DNA from: the human T2T-CHM13v2.0 reference genome, Homo sapiens
Strand: one strand, 5' to 3'
DNA length: 64,000 nucleotides
Assembly (NCBI RefSeq): GCF_009914755.1
Contig: NC_060930.1
Positions 29,731 to 46,942 of this stretch are shown here, in pieces. The translations under genes were made by a program, and so were the position numbers. Position 1 is the stretch's first letter; the number at the start of each line of letters is the position of its first letter. The notes below the pieces were generated by a model. The model was not told the origin of the DNA. It saw nothing but the letters and a program-made list of their open reading frames with translations, and did no database searches.

Positions 29731-30654
29731 AATTCAAAGTGCTACATTACTCTAGCCTGCGAACAGTGTCATTACTAAGATTATGTAACATATGGAAATA
29801 TATATGAGACAACCTCTAGTATAGTATTATTCTACAACTCCGTGTTTTTGACCAATGGCACTTTTGTGAAAGAGTAGAAAATTTGTTTTCTACTACATGT
29901 CACCTTGTCAGGAGCTGAAGGGCAACACAAATATAGGTACTTCAGCAATTATGAAAGATACTAAATCACACTGTAACTCCAGTTATTGGGAGTTCCTAAT
30001 TTACTGGGGTTGTGTAAAAGACAGATGGTTGCTTTGGTGACAAAATAAAAAAAAATGGCTTCAAACATGAAGCAGAAGTAGATGATGTGGAGGTGAAATC
30101 AAGAGAAAGGGCAAGGTTGGAATCAAAGCTAAATCTAGAATATTAAGGACACATAGTCAATGAGGAAAACTAGAGAGAATACAAAAGAAAAACTAAAGCT
30201 GCAGAAAAAAAAAAAAAAACGTGAGCATGGGAAAGAAGAAAAGACCAGCAGATAAATTGTGCTATGTTTGTGTGGAGGAAAGTGGGTAAATGAAGATGTT
30301 AACTAATTCATGTGATGAGACATGAATCCATGTGGCCATGTACATTCCAAAATATCCAATTTAGTCTGTGATATATCTGAAATATGGAAATCTCAAGTTG
30401 TCCATATTCTCTCATCTGTGGTAATTCCAGTACTTATCTATAGGAAAGACGTTAAGGGAAGCAATCAGGTTAAAAAAGAAGACCAAGAGATTTATAATGA
30501 AACTATATTTTTATATGTTACATTGTTTATCCATAAATGAAGTTATAGAAAGACGTAACAAGCTTTTCTAATGAGGCTTTTATTAATATTTTGTATAATA
30601 TTTTAAAATACTATAAGTCATATTAAAATATTATTTTATTTTTATGAACTTATA

Positions 30655-31200
30655 CCTAGGAATGCTTTTGGCTACAAGTAACAGAATATTTGGCTAGATG
30701 TTAGACAATAAAGACTTTAATCACCTTAAAAAATAAGAAATCAAGGGGCAAATCTTTCTATATTTGATAGAGAAATTCAACAGTATCATCTGCTCTATCA
30801 GCCTTAAAGTATTATATTTTTGTCCTTAGGTATGCTAGCTTATGGTCTCAAGGTATCTGTCGAAGCACCAAATATCACAATCTTATACAATAGTATTCAA
30901 TTAGGAAGGAAAGAACCTTCTTTGAGGCATTAACTTTTTTGTTTTTTTAATTGAGGAGAAAATCTGTCCTAAGAATCCCTGTAATACTTCCTTTTTACGT
31001 CTCATTGACCAGAACTGGGTCATATCCACCTGTAGGCCAATCAGAAGCAAAGTGGGCTAGAATTGCCATGACTGGCCCAGCTTGATCAGGAATTATGCCA
31101 TAGAGATGACTGAGGGGCTTACCTTCCCAAAAACAAGAGATTTCTATCTGTTATCTAGACACAGCTGTGCTTCTATGCACAGGGAAAAAGCAGGGGCTGC
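30655..31200 (-). mobile_element. MLT1 (K/L-type) solo LTR, degraded
   Basis: ggctacaagtaacagaa...tacgtctcattgaccagaactgggtcat...gccaatcag. Confidence 0.6.
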
Positions 31201-31418
31201 AACACAGCTCCTGGGGGTTTATGGCAACATGTAAGAACTAAAACTTCCCACCAACACATTCCCGGGTGCTATTATTCTCTGCTTTGTCAGTTACAGATTC
31301 TTGTCTCAGCCATGGATATGTGCATTTTTAGTCAACCTAGAAAAATTAAGTGTAAAAATTAGTCTGGTCCCTAGGAATCCAAGGTGGCAATGTATTTCAT
31401 ATACTTGCAAATCAAAGC

Positions 31419-31750
31419 TTTTTATTTTTTAATTTACTTTTATTTATTTATTTATTTATTTTGAGACAGAGTCTTGCTCTGTTGCTCAGGCTAGAGTGCA
31501 GTGGCTTAATTCATCATGGCTTACTGCAACCTCTGCCTCCCAGGTTCAAGTGATTCTCTTGCCTCAGCCTCCTGAGTAGCTGGGACTACAGGCTCCCTCC
31601 ACCACACTCGACTAATTTTTGTATTTTTTGTAGAGATAGGGTTTCACTATGTTGGTCAAGCCGATTTCAAACTCCTGACCTCAGGTGATCTGCCCATCTC
31701 AGACTTCCAAAACTGCTGGGATTAGAGGTGTGAGCCACCATGCCCAGCCC
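31419..31750 (-). mobile_element. AluS/J with (TTTA)n tail
   Basis: Antisense dimer. TSD tgcaaatcaaa at about 31406 and 31751. Confidence 0.92.
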
Positions 31751-32860
31751 TGCAAATCAAACTTAAGAAAGTAAAGTTAATAAGTAGTTGATAAACAGTC
31801 ACAAGTTATACCTGGCCTCAGACATAGATCTTTAGTCATGATCAAGCAATGTCTCTTAGATTTTAACTCAGGAAAATGATTATCCTATGGAATAACTTAA
31901 CAACAGTGAAGTTCATCATCTCACTCCTACTGCTTGGAATTCCTAGTATCTGGAATTGCACCTTAGAAGGTTGTTTCTTAGACCAAGACATTCGTCATTG
32001 TCTGGCATATGGATAGTTATTTAAGTTCTACATTATTACATAGCAATGTAAACTAATATTGAGCTGTCTCCTGAGAAACAATTTTCCTTTGGGTAAGCAG
32101 AAGAGAGAAGTACTATGATGAAGCTTAGGAGATGATAATTTGGAACTGAATTTGCCAAGAGTAGCAGAGGCACACTAGAAGCTTCAAAGACCCACTTGAA
32201 AAAAAAAAAGTGATTTTGCACCAATCCTTGATTCTTTGTGCACTTTTATCACAAAATGAGGATTATACTACCCATTCACTCCTGGGGGAAAAAAATGACT
32301 TTTGTGCTGGGAATCTCATTGTCTTTCTGAGATTTTCTAATTTTTCTTAATTTTGATAATTATGGAAGTTTTATGAAAGGTATATCTTTTTTTACATGGG
32401 TTTTTCTAAAATTTCTCTAAAATTTAGATTTGGCTCAAAATCTTCCAGAAAGGGACTCCAGCTGAAAATCATACATTAATATAATATTATAGACTAATGT
32501 GCAAAGGTGGCCATTTTCAGGATGCAGACAAATCTGGAAAGAAATCCAATTATAAAATCTGAAAAAATATCTTCTGATTAGGTATTGAACCATTCAAAGC
32601 TACAATTTTCTCTTTAGGTAATTTTAATAAAAGATGCATCTATTCTGACTCTCAATGTGAATTGAGAGTTAATTTATATCTACCTTGATATAAAGGTCCG
32701 TATAATATAAAGTCTTAAGAATTTAATTTGAAAATAAAATGCAGTCACTTCATTTAGGAGCAACTTAATAAAGATGTTTATTTTAAATTCTAATAGTTTA
32801 ATGAACAGAAGATAAATTTGTATAACTGATTTTAATACAGATCCCACTTACCTCTGTGTG

Positions 32861-32954
32861 TAGGGTAACTAACTTGCCTCAGTGTGTGAAAGACGTTCCT
32901 GATCTTAGCACTGAAAGTCCTAGTTCTCAGGAAACTAGGATGGTTGGTCACACA
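32861..32954. mobile_element. MER81 (hAT-Blackjack MITE)
   Basis: TIRs tagggtaactaac / gttggtcacaca, core ttagcactgaaagtcc, 8-bp TSD tctgtgtg/gctgtgtg. Confidence 0.75.
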
Positions 32955-33081
32955 GCTGTGTGGAACACATCAATACTGAGAAGCCAAACAACTGCTGTAA
33001 CTTCATTGATTACATATTAATCCATTCATCTAACATTTACGTCAGCATGTAGGATACATGGGGCATATTTCAGATTAACAT

Positions 33082-33278
33082 TAGAACCCAACAACTTATT
33101 AAGCCATTGACTCAACATAATCATATTTTTCTATTCTGCTTCATATAAGATAATCATGATGATTAATAGAATAGCATGTGCATAGAACCCACAACTTCTT
33201 ACGAAGCCACTGACTCAACATAATCATATTTTTCTATTCTGCTTAATATAATTATGATGATTCACAGAATAGCATGTG
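33082..33278 (+). repeat. About 100-bp tandem duplication (2 copies)
   Basis: tagaaccca...gactcaacataatcatatttttctattctgctt...agaatagcatgtg at 33082-33180 and 33183-33278. Confidence 0.93.
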
Positions 33279-34211
33279 AGTGGATTTCTTAGCACCCGGA
33301 GCTAAGGTGCTATGTTTCAGTACCCAAGACAAGGAATTATTGTTGCTATTTGAATTTTCTAAGAACCTGAAAGAAATCTAAGCTCAGGTTTGTGAAGCCA
33401 AAAGGAAATATGTAATTGTGTAATTGTCTGCTGAATCTGGGTAACCAGGGATAGCCATACTGCTAAAGCAAACAGAGCTCACTTTGGGGCAGCTGAATAA
33501 TTCTTGTTTTTCTTATACACCATTTGGAATTCAAACTGTGACCTTCATAATAACCCTCTGAGTCTTTCATTATTATCTGCTATGGCTAAGTGAAGTTAAG
33601 CAACTTGACCAAATTCATGTAGTGACTATATAGTATAGCTAGGCTTAAACACAAGTCTGTCTGTCCCTATGGCCTATGGTATTTGCATTACGGCACCACT
33701 TTCTGCCCAGCATAGTTGAAGTGCCTTCTGGGGAAAATTCATCATTTCAAATAAATCTTCATGTGTATATGACGTCAGTAAGCTCCCTCCATTAAAAAAC
33801 ACATTAGTTGAACAGTGATGACATACAGGTGGATCCACGTTTTCAGTATGATTACGTTACTGCTGTAATTGTTATTACTGTTTAGTTGTATAGAGCCAGG
33901 ATGTTTCTTCATGGAACTTTCTCAGTGAAGCAAAAAGAGCATTCTTGAACAAGAGTTAACTGCTAGAGCAGCAGCATCTGACCTACACTCTTGCTCCTGA
34001 AGTTGTTCTCTGCACTCTGAGATTACTTCTCATACTTTCCTGGAAAAGGAAGAACATGCTCTTGTACTGGGCATAAAACACATACAAAAATCACCTCAGT
34101 CTCAGAAGTAGTGGTCGCCACTTGCCCATTTTGTACAGACATGAATATTTTCTCTTCTTTCCCTAAATGAGGGAAGTGATTGATCTAGTGAGGGATCCCA
34201 AGTGTTTCTCA

Positions 34212-34440
34212 ATAGAGCATTGTGATAAAAGGAGTGGTCTCTAGAGCCAAACTGCCTGTGTTCAAATCCTGGTTGGACAACATGGTGAAACTACTTCAAC
34301 TCTGGGTCTTTGTTTCCTTGTCTGTAAAATGGCAATGATCAATTTCGTTTAGAGTTTTAAAAGTACCTGATTTGATCTAAGTAAATCACTTAAGACGTAG
34401 CATATAGTAAGTTCTCTTATAAGTTTTAAGCTATTATTTT
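34212..34440 (+). mobile_element. MIR
   Basis: tctagagccaaactgcctgtgttcaaatcctg...gtttccttgtctgtaaaatgg. Confidence 0.7.
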
Positions 34441-37400
34441 TCACCAGGCAAGGGCACACAACATTCATAAAAAGAGATTTACTGAGTCCCAGTATCTACA
34501 GTGCTTAGAACTAGACACTAGAGCTACAGGAGATTTAAGACATGGTCTTGGTATTTAACAATATTACAAACCAACTAAGAATACAAGAAATGTGGTAGAG
34601 TAGATAAACAGCAATACAAGGAGGAGCAGCTAAGGTGCAAAGTGTCTGTCATGAATTATTAAATTTGATTTCTGGTAGACATTATTAGGGAGATAGTATT
34701 TACCCTTTATAGACAAAAAACTAAGGCTCAAAGAAGTCTCCCCTGCTCGTAAACACTATGCATCCTGACTCACTACATGTGAAGAACTGAGACTTCGGTT
34801 TCTTCAGTACCAACATCTTGTCAAGTCAAAAGAGAGCCACTGTGAAAATCTTGGACATCTTATTGAAGAAGGGAAGCATCTGAGAAAAGCAGGAACATCC
34901 TAGGGAAGCCGACCCACGGAAATGAGATGCCAGAATCATGCAGGCTTTCTATTGTTCATGCTGGCCTGTCTCAAGCTCAGGTTCATTTCCAGTGTTCATC
35001 CTTCTTTCTGCCACGGTACAGACTTCAGGAATGCAGTGGGCTCTTCTTAATGCTGCTGTCACTCCCTCAGTTCTTGGAGATTGTCTTCATCTCTCTCATA
35101 TTGTTGAAGGGTTGGATGGGGTCTCCTCTCTTACCATTCCCTTCCCGATCTCACCAACTTTCACAGCTCCTAAAGATCAGCTCACAGATTCGGTGTTTAA
35201 TCTGTTAAAAGCCACTCTGTTTGGGGTAACAAAAAATAAACCATAATTAAAATAAGAACTCACTGTATACCAGTTTGAGAATCTCACAAAGTTCTTACAG
35301 TCATTTCTGGTTGATAGCTGCTGACTTCCCCTTGAGAAGTTAACAAGGCCTTGTGTGTTTGATTCTCTACTCCAGATACACAAAATAGAGTTGATGAAAA
35401 CTCTGCTCCCAGATTTCTTCCTCACATTCCTAGACATAGATATTCTCTTGAATAAATGAGCCAATCAACCAACAGAGTGTATTGTTAGTGGTGTAAAACC
35501 GAACAAAGCAACTCCACCTGAGGAAAGTAGATTCATACTGAAGGCTTTGAATATGTCTTAGAAAAGTCACTCTCCATCACAAACAGTCTCATGAACAAAT
35601 AGCAGCAACAACTGCTCTTGACAGATGAAAATAGTATACAAAGAAAAAATCAGGCTCTGGAATCCTGAAAGAGCTGAGTTCTTGGAGGTTGCATATATCT
35701 GGCATGATCTTCAGAAGCATAAATGTTAATTTTGATACTACCTAGAGAAATTGAAGCCAATGGGGGTGGGGAGACTGTTTAGCCTATCTCTACAGGCTGG
35801 ATCCTGTGAATAGCTCCACCTCCCTATCAGATTTGAAAGTTTTACTTATTTATACTCAGTTGTGTTTCAAATGGGATTGAAGTAGTTCAATTTGCATAGA
35901 TGAGTTAAATCTGATTATGATTGGTATATGTCAAGTTTAGAAGGCAGAAGGAGAGAAGAATGTCTCCTCAGATCTGAAACACACATATTTCTGAGAATAA
36001 TCACTCAAAACACTTAGAAAGATGTGTTTTATGGAAAATAGATTTATAAACAGTTCCATTTTCATTCAAAGTAAAATCTCAAACCTTCTCTAGTGAAAAA
36101 ATAAAAATTAAATAAAGAAACTATATTTAAAATGGCATGCATTTTATTTCACTAAAGTATAGGACATTAAGCAAAGGTTTGGTTGCCTTGGTGACAAATT
36201 GTCCAAAGAGATGCATATCTCACAAAAAGGATATGTAAAATGCTTTCAATATACTATATTCATTGTAGAGAAATACAAAAATTAAAAATAAACTGGATCA
36301 AACATCAATTTTTTTGCTGTTTAAAGAACGCCCTGGCTTGAGCAAAGGATACCTTATGCTATTTTATATTTCTTGATCTGCTAAAAGCCTTCCTAAAGTG
36401 TTTTGAAATTTACTGACAACCACAACGATTTTAAGAAAAGTTTTTAAATTTCAGTGATTTTATGTATGTGTTTTTGAAAAATTTAGTGTCACCTAGTTGT
36501 ATTCCTAATTGCCCAAATGATTCACTAACATAGACCTAGCTAATAATTATCAACATGTCTATTATTACTACTCTGTAACATATCACAAATACACTAATCT
36601 AGACTATAAAGTAAATGTTTTTCCTTGTATGCTTTTTTGTTCTGCAGAGTCCATTTAATCAAAAGGAGGATTAGAAGGCCAATCTTCTAAAACACAGGCT
36701 TCTTAATCTACTGATAGATTAAGAAGACTAAAGTAGAAAGGTCAACTTTAGGGAAGCTATATGAGAAAATGTGTACTGGTGTACATTGGAATTGTTAACA
36801 TAGACTGGGAGAGGGTCACTTAAATGAAAAGAAACTTCACTGAGTAGGATAGTCTAGGAAAAAACCAAGAGCAAATATGCAGGTGAGGGCCCCATCTCTC
36901 TCAAAACTTGTTTTTCTTTATTGTTAATCATTGGGATTACTGAAAATAATGAATATTTATTGGATTTTTACAACATCACCTGGGAAAAACTGTCATCAAT
37001 ATTTTGGCGTATTTCCTTCCCAATTTATTTCTATGAATATTTTACAGACTTGGTTAAACATTGTGTACAAGTTTGGATCTCATTTTCTTCTATTTAATAT
37101 AAAAATAGGTGCTTTCCAATAGGATAGCACACTTATCGTAAACATCTTTAAAGGTTGTAAGAATTTTTCAACATTTTGGAAGTATCATAATTTACTTTTT
37201 CCATCCTCTACTTTAGAACATTTATATATTTAATGAATGTTGGTACTACTCACATACCTATTGATGTATTTGTGATGTGAAGGAAGGAGAAAAAAAAAGA
37301 AAGCTAGAAAGATCGCAACCTTTAAAAGAAAGATATAGTACACTTTAAAAAAATCCCAGCCTGATAATAGGTATGTTCAGTTCTCATTTATATATAATAT

Positions 37401-37602
37401 GTCATACATGCTGACACACAAATTGGAAAAAAATAGAGTTTAATTTATATGTGATGACTTGTAATGTTGTCAGGCTAAATATCTGGGCTATTAATATGGA
37501 TCCCAGGAGTTGGAAATGATTGCCTTTTATGTTGCTTCTCTTGTTAAAATTAGCAATTTAACTTTTGCATTTTGAACATTCAAGTAACAATATTTTATAG
37601 CA

Positions 37603-37682
37603 TTAGGTTGGTGCAAAAGTAATTGCTGTTTTTGCCCCTAAAAGTCATGGCATAAACTGCAATGGCTTTTGCACCAACCTAA
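37603..37682. mobile_element. MADE1 (Hsmar1-derived MITE), palindromic
   Basis: ttaggttggtgcaaaagtaattgc...gcaatggcttttgcaccaacctaa; 80 bp; TA on the right. Confidence 0.95.
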
Positions 37683-37959
37683 TAACATTTTTAAATGCCT
37701 ACCTGCAAAGATCAACCAGGAAAAAAAAGAGGATATGAGTTTCTGTTCAGTTGACCAAAATTATATTTTTAAAATCTCGATGTATATTAAAAATCTGAAC
37801 AGAAAAATCCAAATAATAACTATCCTTGAATGTTGGAGATATGAGTAAGTTTTTCTCCTTTTCTTATTTTTTATTTTGTTAAAAATTTCATAGTAAATAG
37901 GAATTCATTTTATAATAGAAAAAATATAAATTCTACATTTTATTAAAATAAAAAGTATA

Positions 37960-38165
37960 CCTGGCATTGATTCCAATCTGCTATTCCTTAGCTGTGAACT
38001 TGGATGAACCATTTGATCACCCTAGTCCTCATTTTCATCATGCATAATGATGATTAACAACATCAGCTCTGCCTAACAGATGCATTTTTTATAAGAATTA
38101 AATTAAAATGCTTGTGAAAGTAGTATACAAATTAAAACATTCCATATAAATATACGATGTCATTA
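37960..38165 (+). mobile_element. MIR
   Basis: ttagctgtgaacttggatgaacc...cctcattttcatcatgcataatgatga. Confidence 0.55.
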
Positions 38166-39938
38166 TGACCAGTGATTTAACTATATGGCTAAGTAAAGAG
38201 AAGGGAGGAAAGATAACTACAGTTTCTTCCACTCCTTAGCAGACACCCAGGTATTATTTGGCAAGCTACACTTAAAGGATGCTGAGAGGGAGGGAAAAAA
38301 GAATAGGGGTGAAGTGGAGAAGGAGCTATAAAAGTAAGAGAAAAAAAAATCTGCCTACAGATTTTTCATAATTATCACTTACACCAAAAGAAAATTAACT
38401 TAATGCTGTGTTATGCACCCCTAAAAGCCATTATGATCAGATGCTAAGAGCTCTTCAGATTGCTGGATATTCCTCTTACCTGATTACATGATGAAAGACA
38501 ACAGTTGTTAAGTAGTTTCCCAATTTAGCCTTATCCTTTTTTCCTACATTTCTTTATTACACTACACCACAATAAATTCTTCACCAAAATAGATTTCATG
38601 TTGTCAATTGTGTAATCCATTGGCTTCAAAATAAACTAGATTTTAAAAATCAGTTAACTCCCCTAATAAAAGAACTCTTCCATAAATAAAAATAACACTT
38701 ATAATTAATTAATATATAATTAGTATATAATTAATACTATATTAATGTGATATGAAAACGTGTCACTTTTTTTTTTCATAATATAATCTCGACTAGATCA
38801 TTTAACACATTTAGATGTATTAAACTCTTTTGATAGCTCAAAAATCGTATTTTATGCTAGGCATCAAAACCTCTTTATTTTTGTCAGTGATTATAAAATG
38901 CTTTTATGATCTAAGACGCTGGGTCAAACTCCATTATCAAAAACCATCACTCATTTTAAATTACAATTTCAGAAATCCTTAAAAGTCTCAAATCCGTAAA
39001 CATTCTGTTTCAAATTGCTTTCAATATAGCCAACCTCTTTCGGAGTCAACTGTTTTGATTTCATCTTCTGTAATGCATTTGGAGGGTTTTTTTTTTTTTT
39101 AAGCAAAAACAACAACAACACTTGATCTTATTCAGTATTAGTTCCTGTTATACCAAGAGTTTTACAGCCTGCAGAATGAGCCCACTGTAGTCTAACTGCT
39201 ATCCGCAGACCCAGATTATCAGTGAACAATGCAAGTCAAGATTGCATGGTCCATGCCCTCACAGTGGGAGCTATTTAGTTTCTCTGGGGTCTTTTAGTTT
39301 CATCATTTACAAACAGAGATATTTGAATAAATACATTTTCCAAAGGCATATTTTGGAGCATAGTGGTCCTACCTGATGGTATATGAAAGACAGATTGGGG
39401 TGGGGTGGGATGAGGGGATCATTAACATGGTGAATTTAAGAAAGGCTGTATCCTGTATTACTTGTTAAGGGAATCATAATGGGGATGAGCCAAGTAGATA
39501 CTTAGAAGAAACCTTTGTAATTCACCCTAAATCACTGTTTCCATAGTGTATGTAAGCATGCAATCATTCTGTATTTTAGAGAGAAAGTAGAGACAGTGAG
39601 ACTCCAGAACACTGGAAAACAATTTGAGAAAGTAGATTTTATAATTAATAGCATTCCTTTTAGCACTAAAACTTTCTGATATTATGTTGGTCAACAAAAG
39701 AGTAGTAAAATGTATCCTGCTTATAAGACAATTATGTCAGAAAACCTTACTATATGGTAACAAATAAATTAAAAACTAATAAAGTCCCCACTAAAAATGA
39801 TTAATGCCAAATATCCTTTTTTTGATATTTCATACCATGAAGAGTTGCCTAACAGCAGCATAAATCTAGGTGAAAATGGAAGAGATATAAGATTATCAAG
39901 CATTAAAGATTACTGTTTCATATTCAAAATAAGTTTTT

Positions 39939-40113
39939 GTTTACATTTTATTTTACATTTTTAGAGATGAGGTCTCACTATGTCGTTCAGGCTGGAATGC
40001 AGTGATACATATTGCAGCCTTGAACTTCTGGGCTTAGGTAATCCTCCCACCTCAGCCTCCAGAGTAGCTAGGACTACAGGCATGCACCACCACACCCAGC
40101 TAATTTTTATATT
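39939..40113 (-). mobile_element. Alu right-arm (FRAM-like) monomer, 3' unit of a split dimer
   Basis: Antisense right arm with a degenerate T-tail. Outer TSD aaaataagtttt starts at 39926. Confidence 0.85.
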
Positions 40114-40132
40114 TATTTTTGCATTTTTTTTT

Positions 40133-40319
40133 AATTTATAAAGAAAAGAGGTTTAATTGGCTCATGGTTCTGCAGGCTGTACAGGAAGCATGGCAACACT
40201 GCTTGGCTTCTGGGAAGGCGTCAGGAAACTTACAGTCATGGTAGAAGCGGAAACGGGAGCAGGCACTTCACACGGCCAGAGCAGGAAGAAGAGAGATTGA
40301 GGTGGAAGGTGCCTCACAC
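40133..40319 (-). mobile_element. MST (MaLR) LTR fragment, probable L1 3'-transduced sequence
   Basis: MST-type text lacking both LTR termini. On the minus strand it ends 19 nt after ATTAAA (40157-40152) in an A-run and lies inside the L1 TSD. Confidence 0.85.
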
Positions 40320-43180
<2,861 letters not shown>

Positions 43181-43218
43181 AAAATAAGCTTTGATAACAA
43201 GGAGTCTTTATACAATGG

Positions 43219-43593
43219 TGTATTAGTCCATTTTCACACTGCTATAAAGAAATACCCAAGACTGGATAATTTATGAAGGAAAGAGGTTTAATCGACTCAC
43301 AGTTCCACATGTCTGAGGAGGCATCAGGAAACTTACAATCATGGCAGAACGGGAAGCAGACACATCTTACAATGTGGCAAGTGAGAGAGTGAGCATGTGA
43401 AGGAGGAACTGTCAAACACTTATAAAACCATTAGATCTCATGAAAAGTCACTCACTATTATGAGAACAGCATGGGGGGAATCACCTCCATAATTCAATCA
43501 CCTCTCACCAGGTCCCTCCCTCAACACGTGGAGATTATGGGGATTACAATTCGAGATGAGATTTGGGTGGGGACATAGAACCAAACCATAACA
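43219..43593 (-). mobile_element. THE1D-type solo LTR
   Basis: tgtattagtcc...ccaaaccataaca. Perfect TSD AATGG at 43214-43218 and 43594-43598. Confidence 0.92.
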
Positions 43594-44064
43594 AATGGTG
43601 CCCTTTCTCTTTTGCAAAAAAATACCTTTATCATTTGTATAATGTAAAATGAAAAGCCATAAAAAAATTTTTAATCAATGCTTCCAATTCTTAGACATCT
43701 GTGTTTGCATGGTTGCTGTATATCTAGTAGATGAATTAATGGTTCAGGGTAAATTGCAGAGAAGATAGAATGGTTTGAAAGGAAACCAAAGCACATTCAT
43801 TCTCCAGGACTTAGAGAAGCTGGAATAAGAAATGGTGTAGAATCACTGTGGAGACTAGAGTCAAGGGAAATCATAACAAATTACTTTTCAGTTAGATTAC
43901 AATTAGCCGCCATCTCATCCCTATGTTCCTGAGAAAAAACACTTGCTTTGAGTGCTAATAGCTTGGTAACAGAGCAGAAGGGGGAAAAAATGCAGTGCCA
44001 AGATCCTGGGTTTCCTTTTTCCCTATATTTTTTTGTTCCAAATTTACCTCAGCATTTGCCTTCA

Positions 44065-44250
44065 GCTAGATAAATCTGGATCCAAATCAGGCCCTGTCAC
44101 TAAATTGGCTATATTTTCCTGGGCAAATCCTTGGATGTCTCTGAGCCTGTTTCTCTCATATGTGAAACTGACATAAGAGTACTTAACTTGCATATAACAT
44201 GAAAACTAGAAATAGTGTATGTTAAAGTGCTGGCACATAGCAAATCAGGT
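44065..44250 (+). mobile_element. MIR
   Basis: cctgggcaaatccttggatgtctctgagcctgtttctctcatatgtgaaa...aaagtgctggcacatag. Confidence 0.65.
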
Positions 44251-45634
44251 CTGACCCTAGGCACATGGATCAATGAGTGGAGTCTGTGATAGTGCCACAC
44301 CAGTTCTATATAACAATATTTCAAACCATTTCCATATAACAATATTCCCTCTCATGCAGATGTGCAGTATTCTCAATTCTGTTGGATAAAATAACCCCCA
44401 AACCCATCCTGTGCTCTCCCAGTATGATGTGTTGTGGTGTCATAGCTAAAAGTCATTTAGGATTTGCTGTGTGCTAGGCACTGTGCTCAGTCTATCACAT
44501 ACAGGCTCTCAATGACTCTCCACAAGAAACTTTGAGGTTGAAAGTATTACAAATGAAAAACCTGAGGAATGAGGATGGTGATGGTATCACCTCTGGTAAC
44601 CCTGGCTGTAACAGAGCCGGTACTAAACCCAAATCTTTCTGACCCCAAAGCACATGCCCTTCCTCATCTCACAGTACTAGTACCTGTATCCAGGTCTGTC
44701 CTGATGGAGTAGTTTTTGCTCTAAGCAAGCACTTTCCAACCTTTTCCTGAATAGCTTCTTTACAAAGATAAAAATTGTATAACCCTCTATTACACCCCTC
44801 CCCAGTTATACTTGCACTTTTAATTTTCTCTGGGAGTTTGCATAAGGATAAATGTTATCTTTACTGCAGATATGCTTTCATATGAATTTGCTTGTTATTA
44901 GGCATGACAGCAGCTATACAGATTAGAAAATTAGATTTACTATTGTGTAGAAGACATACTGGCAATCTAGACAGTGTTTCGTGTACTCTGGATAACGCTT
45001 TTAATAATTCCACAGCCACCCTTCTCAGAAATCTGCAGCCATCCATTGGGATTCACTATCTAGCTCTTTCCTGACACTGGCAAAACTTACGTTTAACTTA
45101 GAAAGTTCTATTTTTGGTGGGTAAGTTAATCTATAGTTTATATTATTATACATTTTAACAGAAATGTAAAACCTCTATTCTCATAAAAACTTAAATTTCA
45201 GAGATCCTTCAATTTAATCTCTATATATTCACATATAAATCCGTGATGTGTGTATTCACTATATGCGAGGTACAGAAATACAATAGTGAATACAATAATA
45301 ATGTCTGCCCTCATAGAGTTTGTAGTCTGCTGGGATGAATAGATGAGGAAGCCAAACATCAATTAAAATACATACTACAAAGTACTTTGAAAAGCAGTAC
45401 AAAGTGCCTATGTGGCTGAAATGAAATACCTAATTCACATCATCAAGAAAGGCCTCCAGCAGGAAATGTCTAATCTATGTTAAGAAGAATGACAGGAAAC
45501 AGTCAAATGAAGGTATCAGTAAGGATCAAGAAAGACAAGAGTGTGGATGAGAGAAAGGATGGTGGATTTAGGGAATCAAAGAATCTTGGTAGATGGTAAT
45601 GGTAAGAGTGTGAAGTATAGAGTGCCTTAAAATA

Positions 45635-45937
45635 GGCTGGGCGCAGTAGCTCACGCCTGTAATTCTAACATTTTGGGAGGTCAAGGCGGGTGGATCATTT
45701 GAGGTCAGGAATTCAAGACCAGCCTAGCTAACATGGTGAAACCCTATCTCTACTAAAAATACAAAAAAAAAATTAGCTGGGCATGATGGCGCATGCCTGT
45801 AATCCCAGCTACTCGAGAGGCTGAAGCAGGAGAATTGCTTGAACCCAGGAGGTGAAGGGGTTGCGGTGAGTCAAGATCATGCCGCCACTGCACTCCAGCT
45901 GGGGCGGCAGAGTGAGACTCCATCTCAAAAGAAAAAA
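45635..45937 (+). mobile_element. AluSx-like
   Basis: Full dimer with A-tail, flanked by long diverged direct repeats. Confidence 0.94.
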
Positions 45938-46224
45938 AAAGACTTGGGTATGGATGAGAGAAAGAATGATAGACGGTAATGGTAGCATGAGTAGTATAGA
46001 GTGTCCTAAAATAAAGCTGATGCCCTAAGTGTTAAAGGTCCTTGTTAAGGACTACAGATATCATGTGGTCTAACTGGCATAAGAAAGAAATATTATGCCT
46101 CTTCAAATTGCTTAACAAAGATGCCAACCTTATCTGCAGCATGAAGAGCCAGCTCTGAGCTCTGAGCCAGCTTTTCTAAGTCCAAATCCTGCTTCAGCAT
46201 AACACCAGGTTACCTTTTTATCCA

Positions 46225-46942
<718 letters not shown>

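Noticed and set aside
34927-35464. Cluster of 93-102 aa ORFs in non-repeat-looking DNA
   Set aside because: No recognisable domain or consistent splice structure; lengths are compatible with chance.
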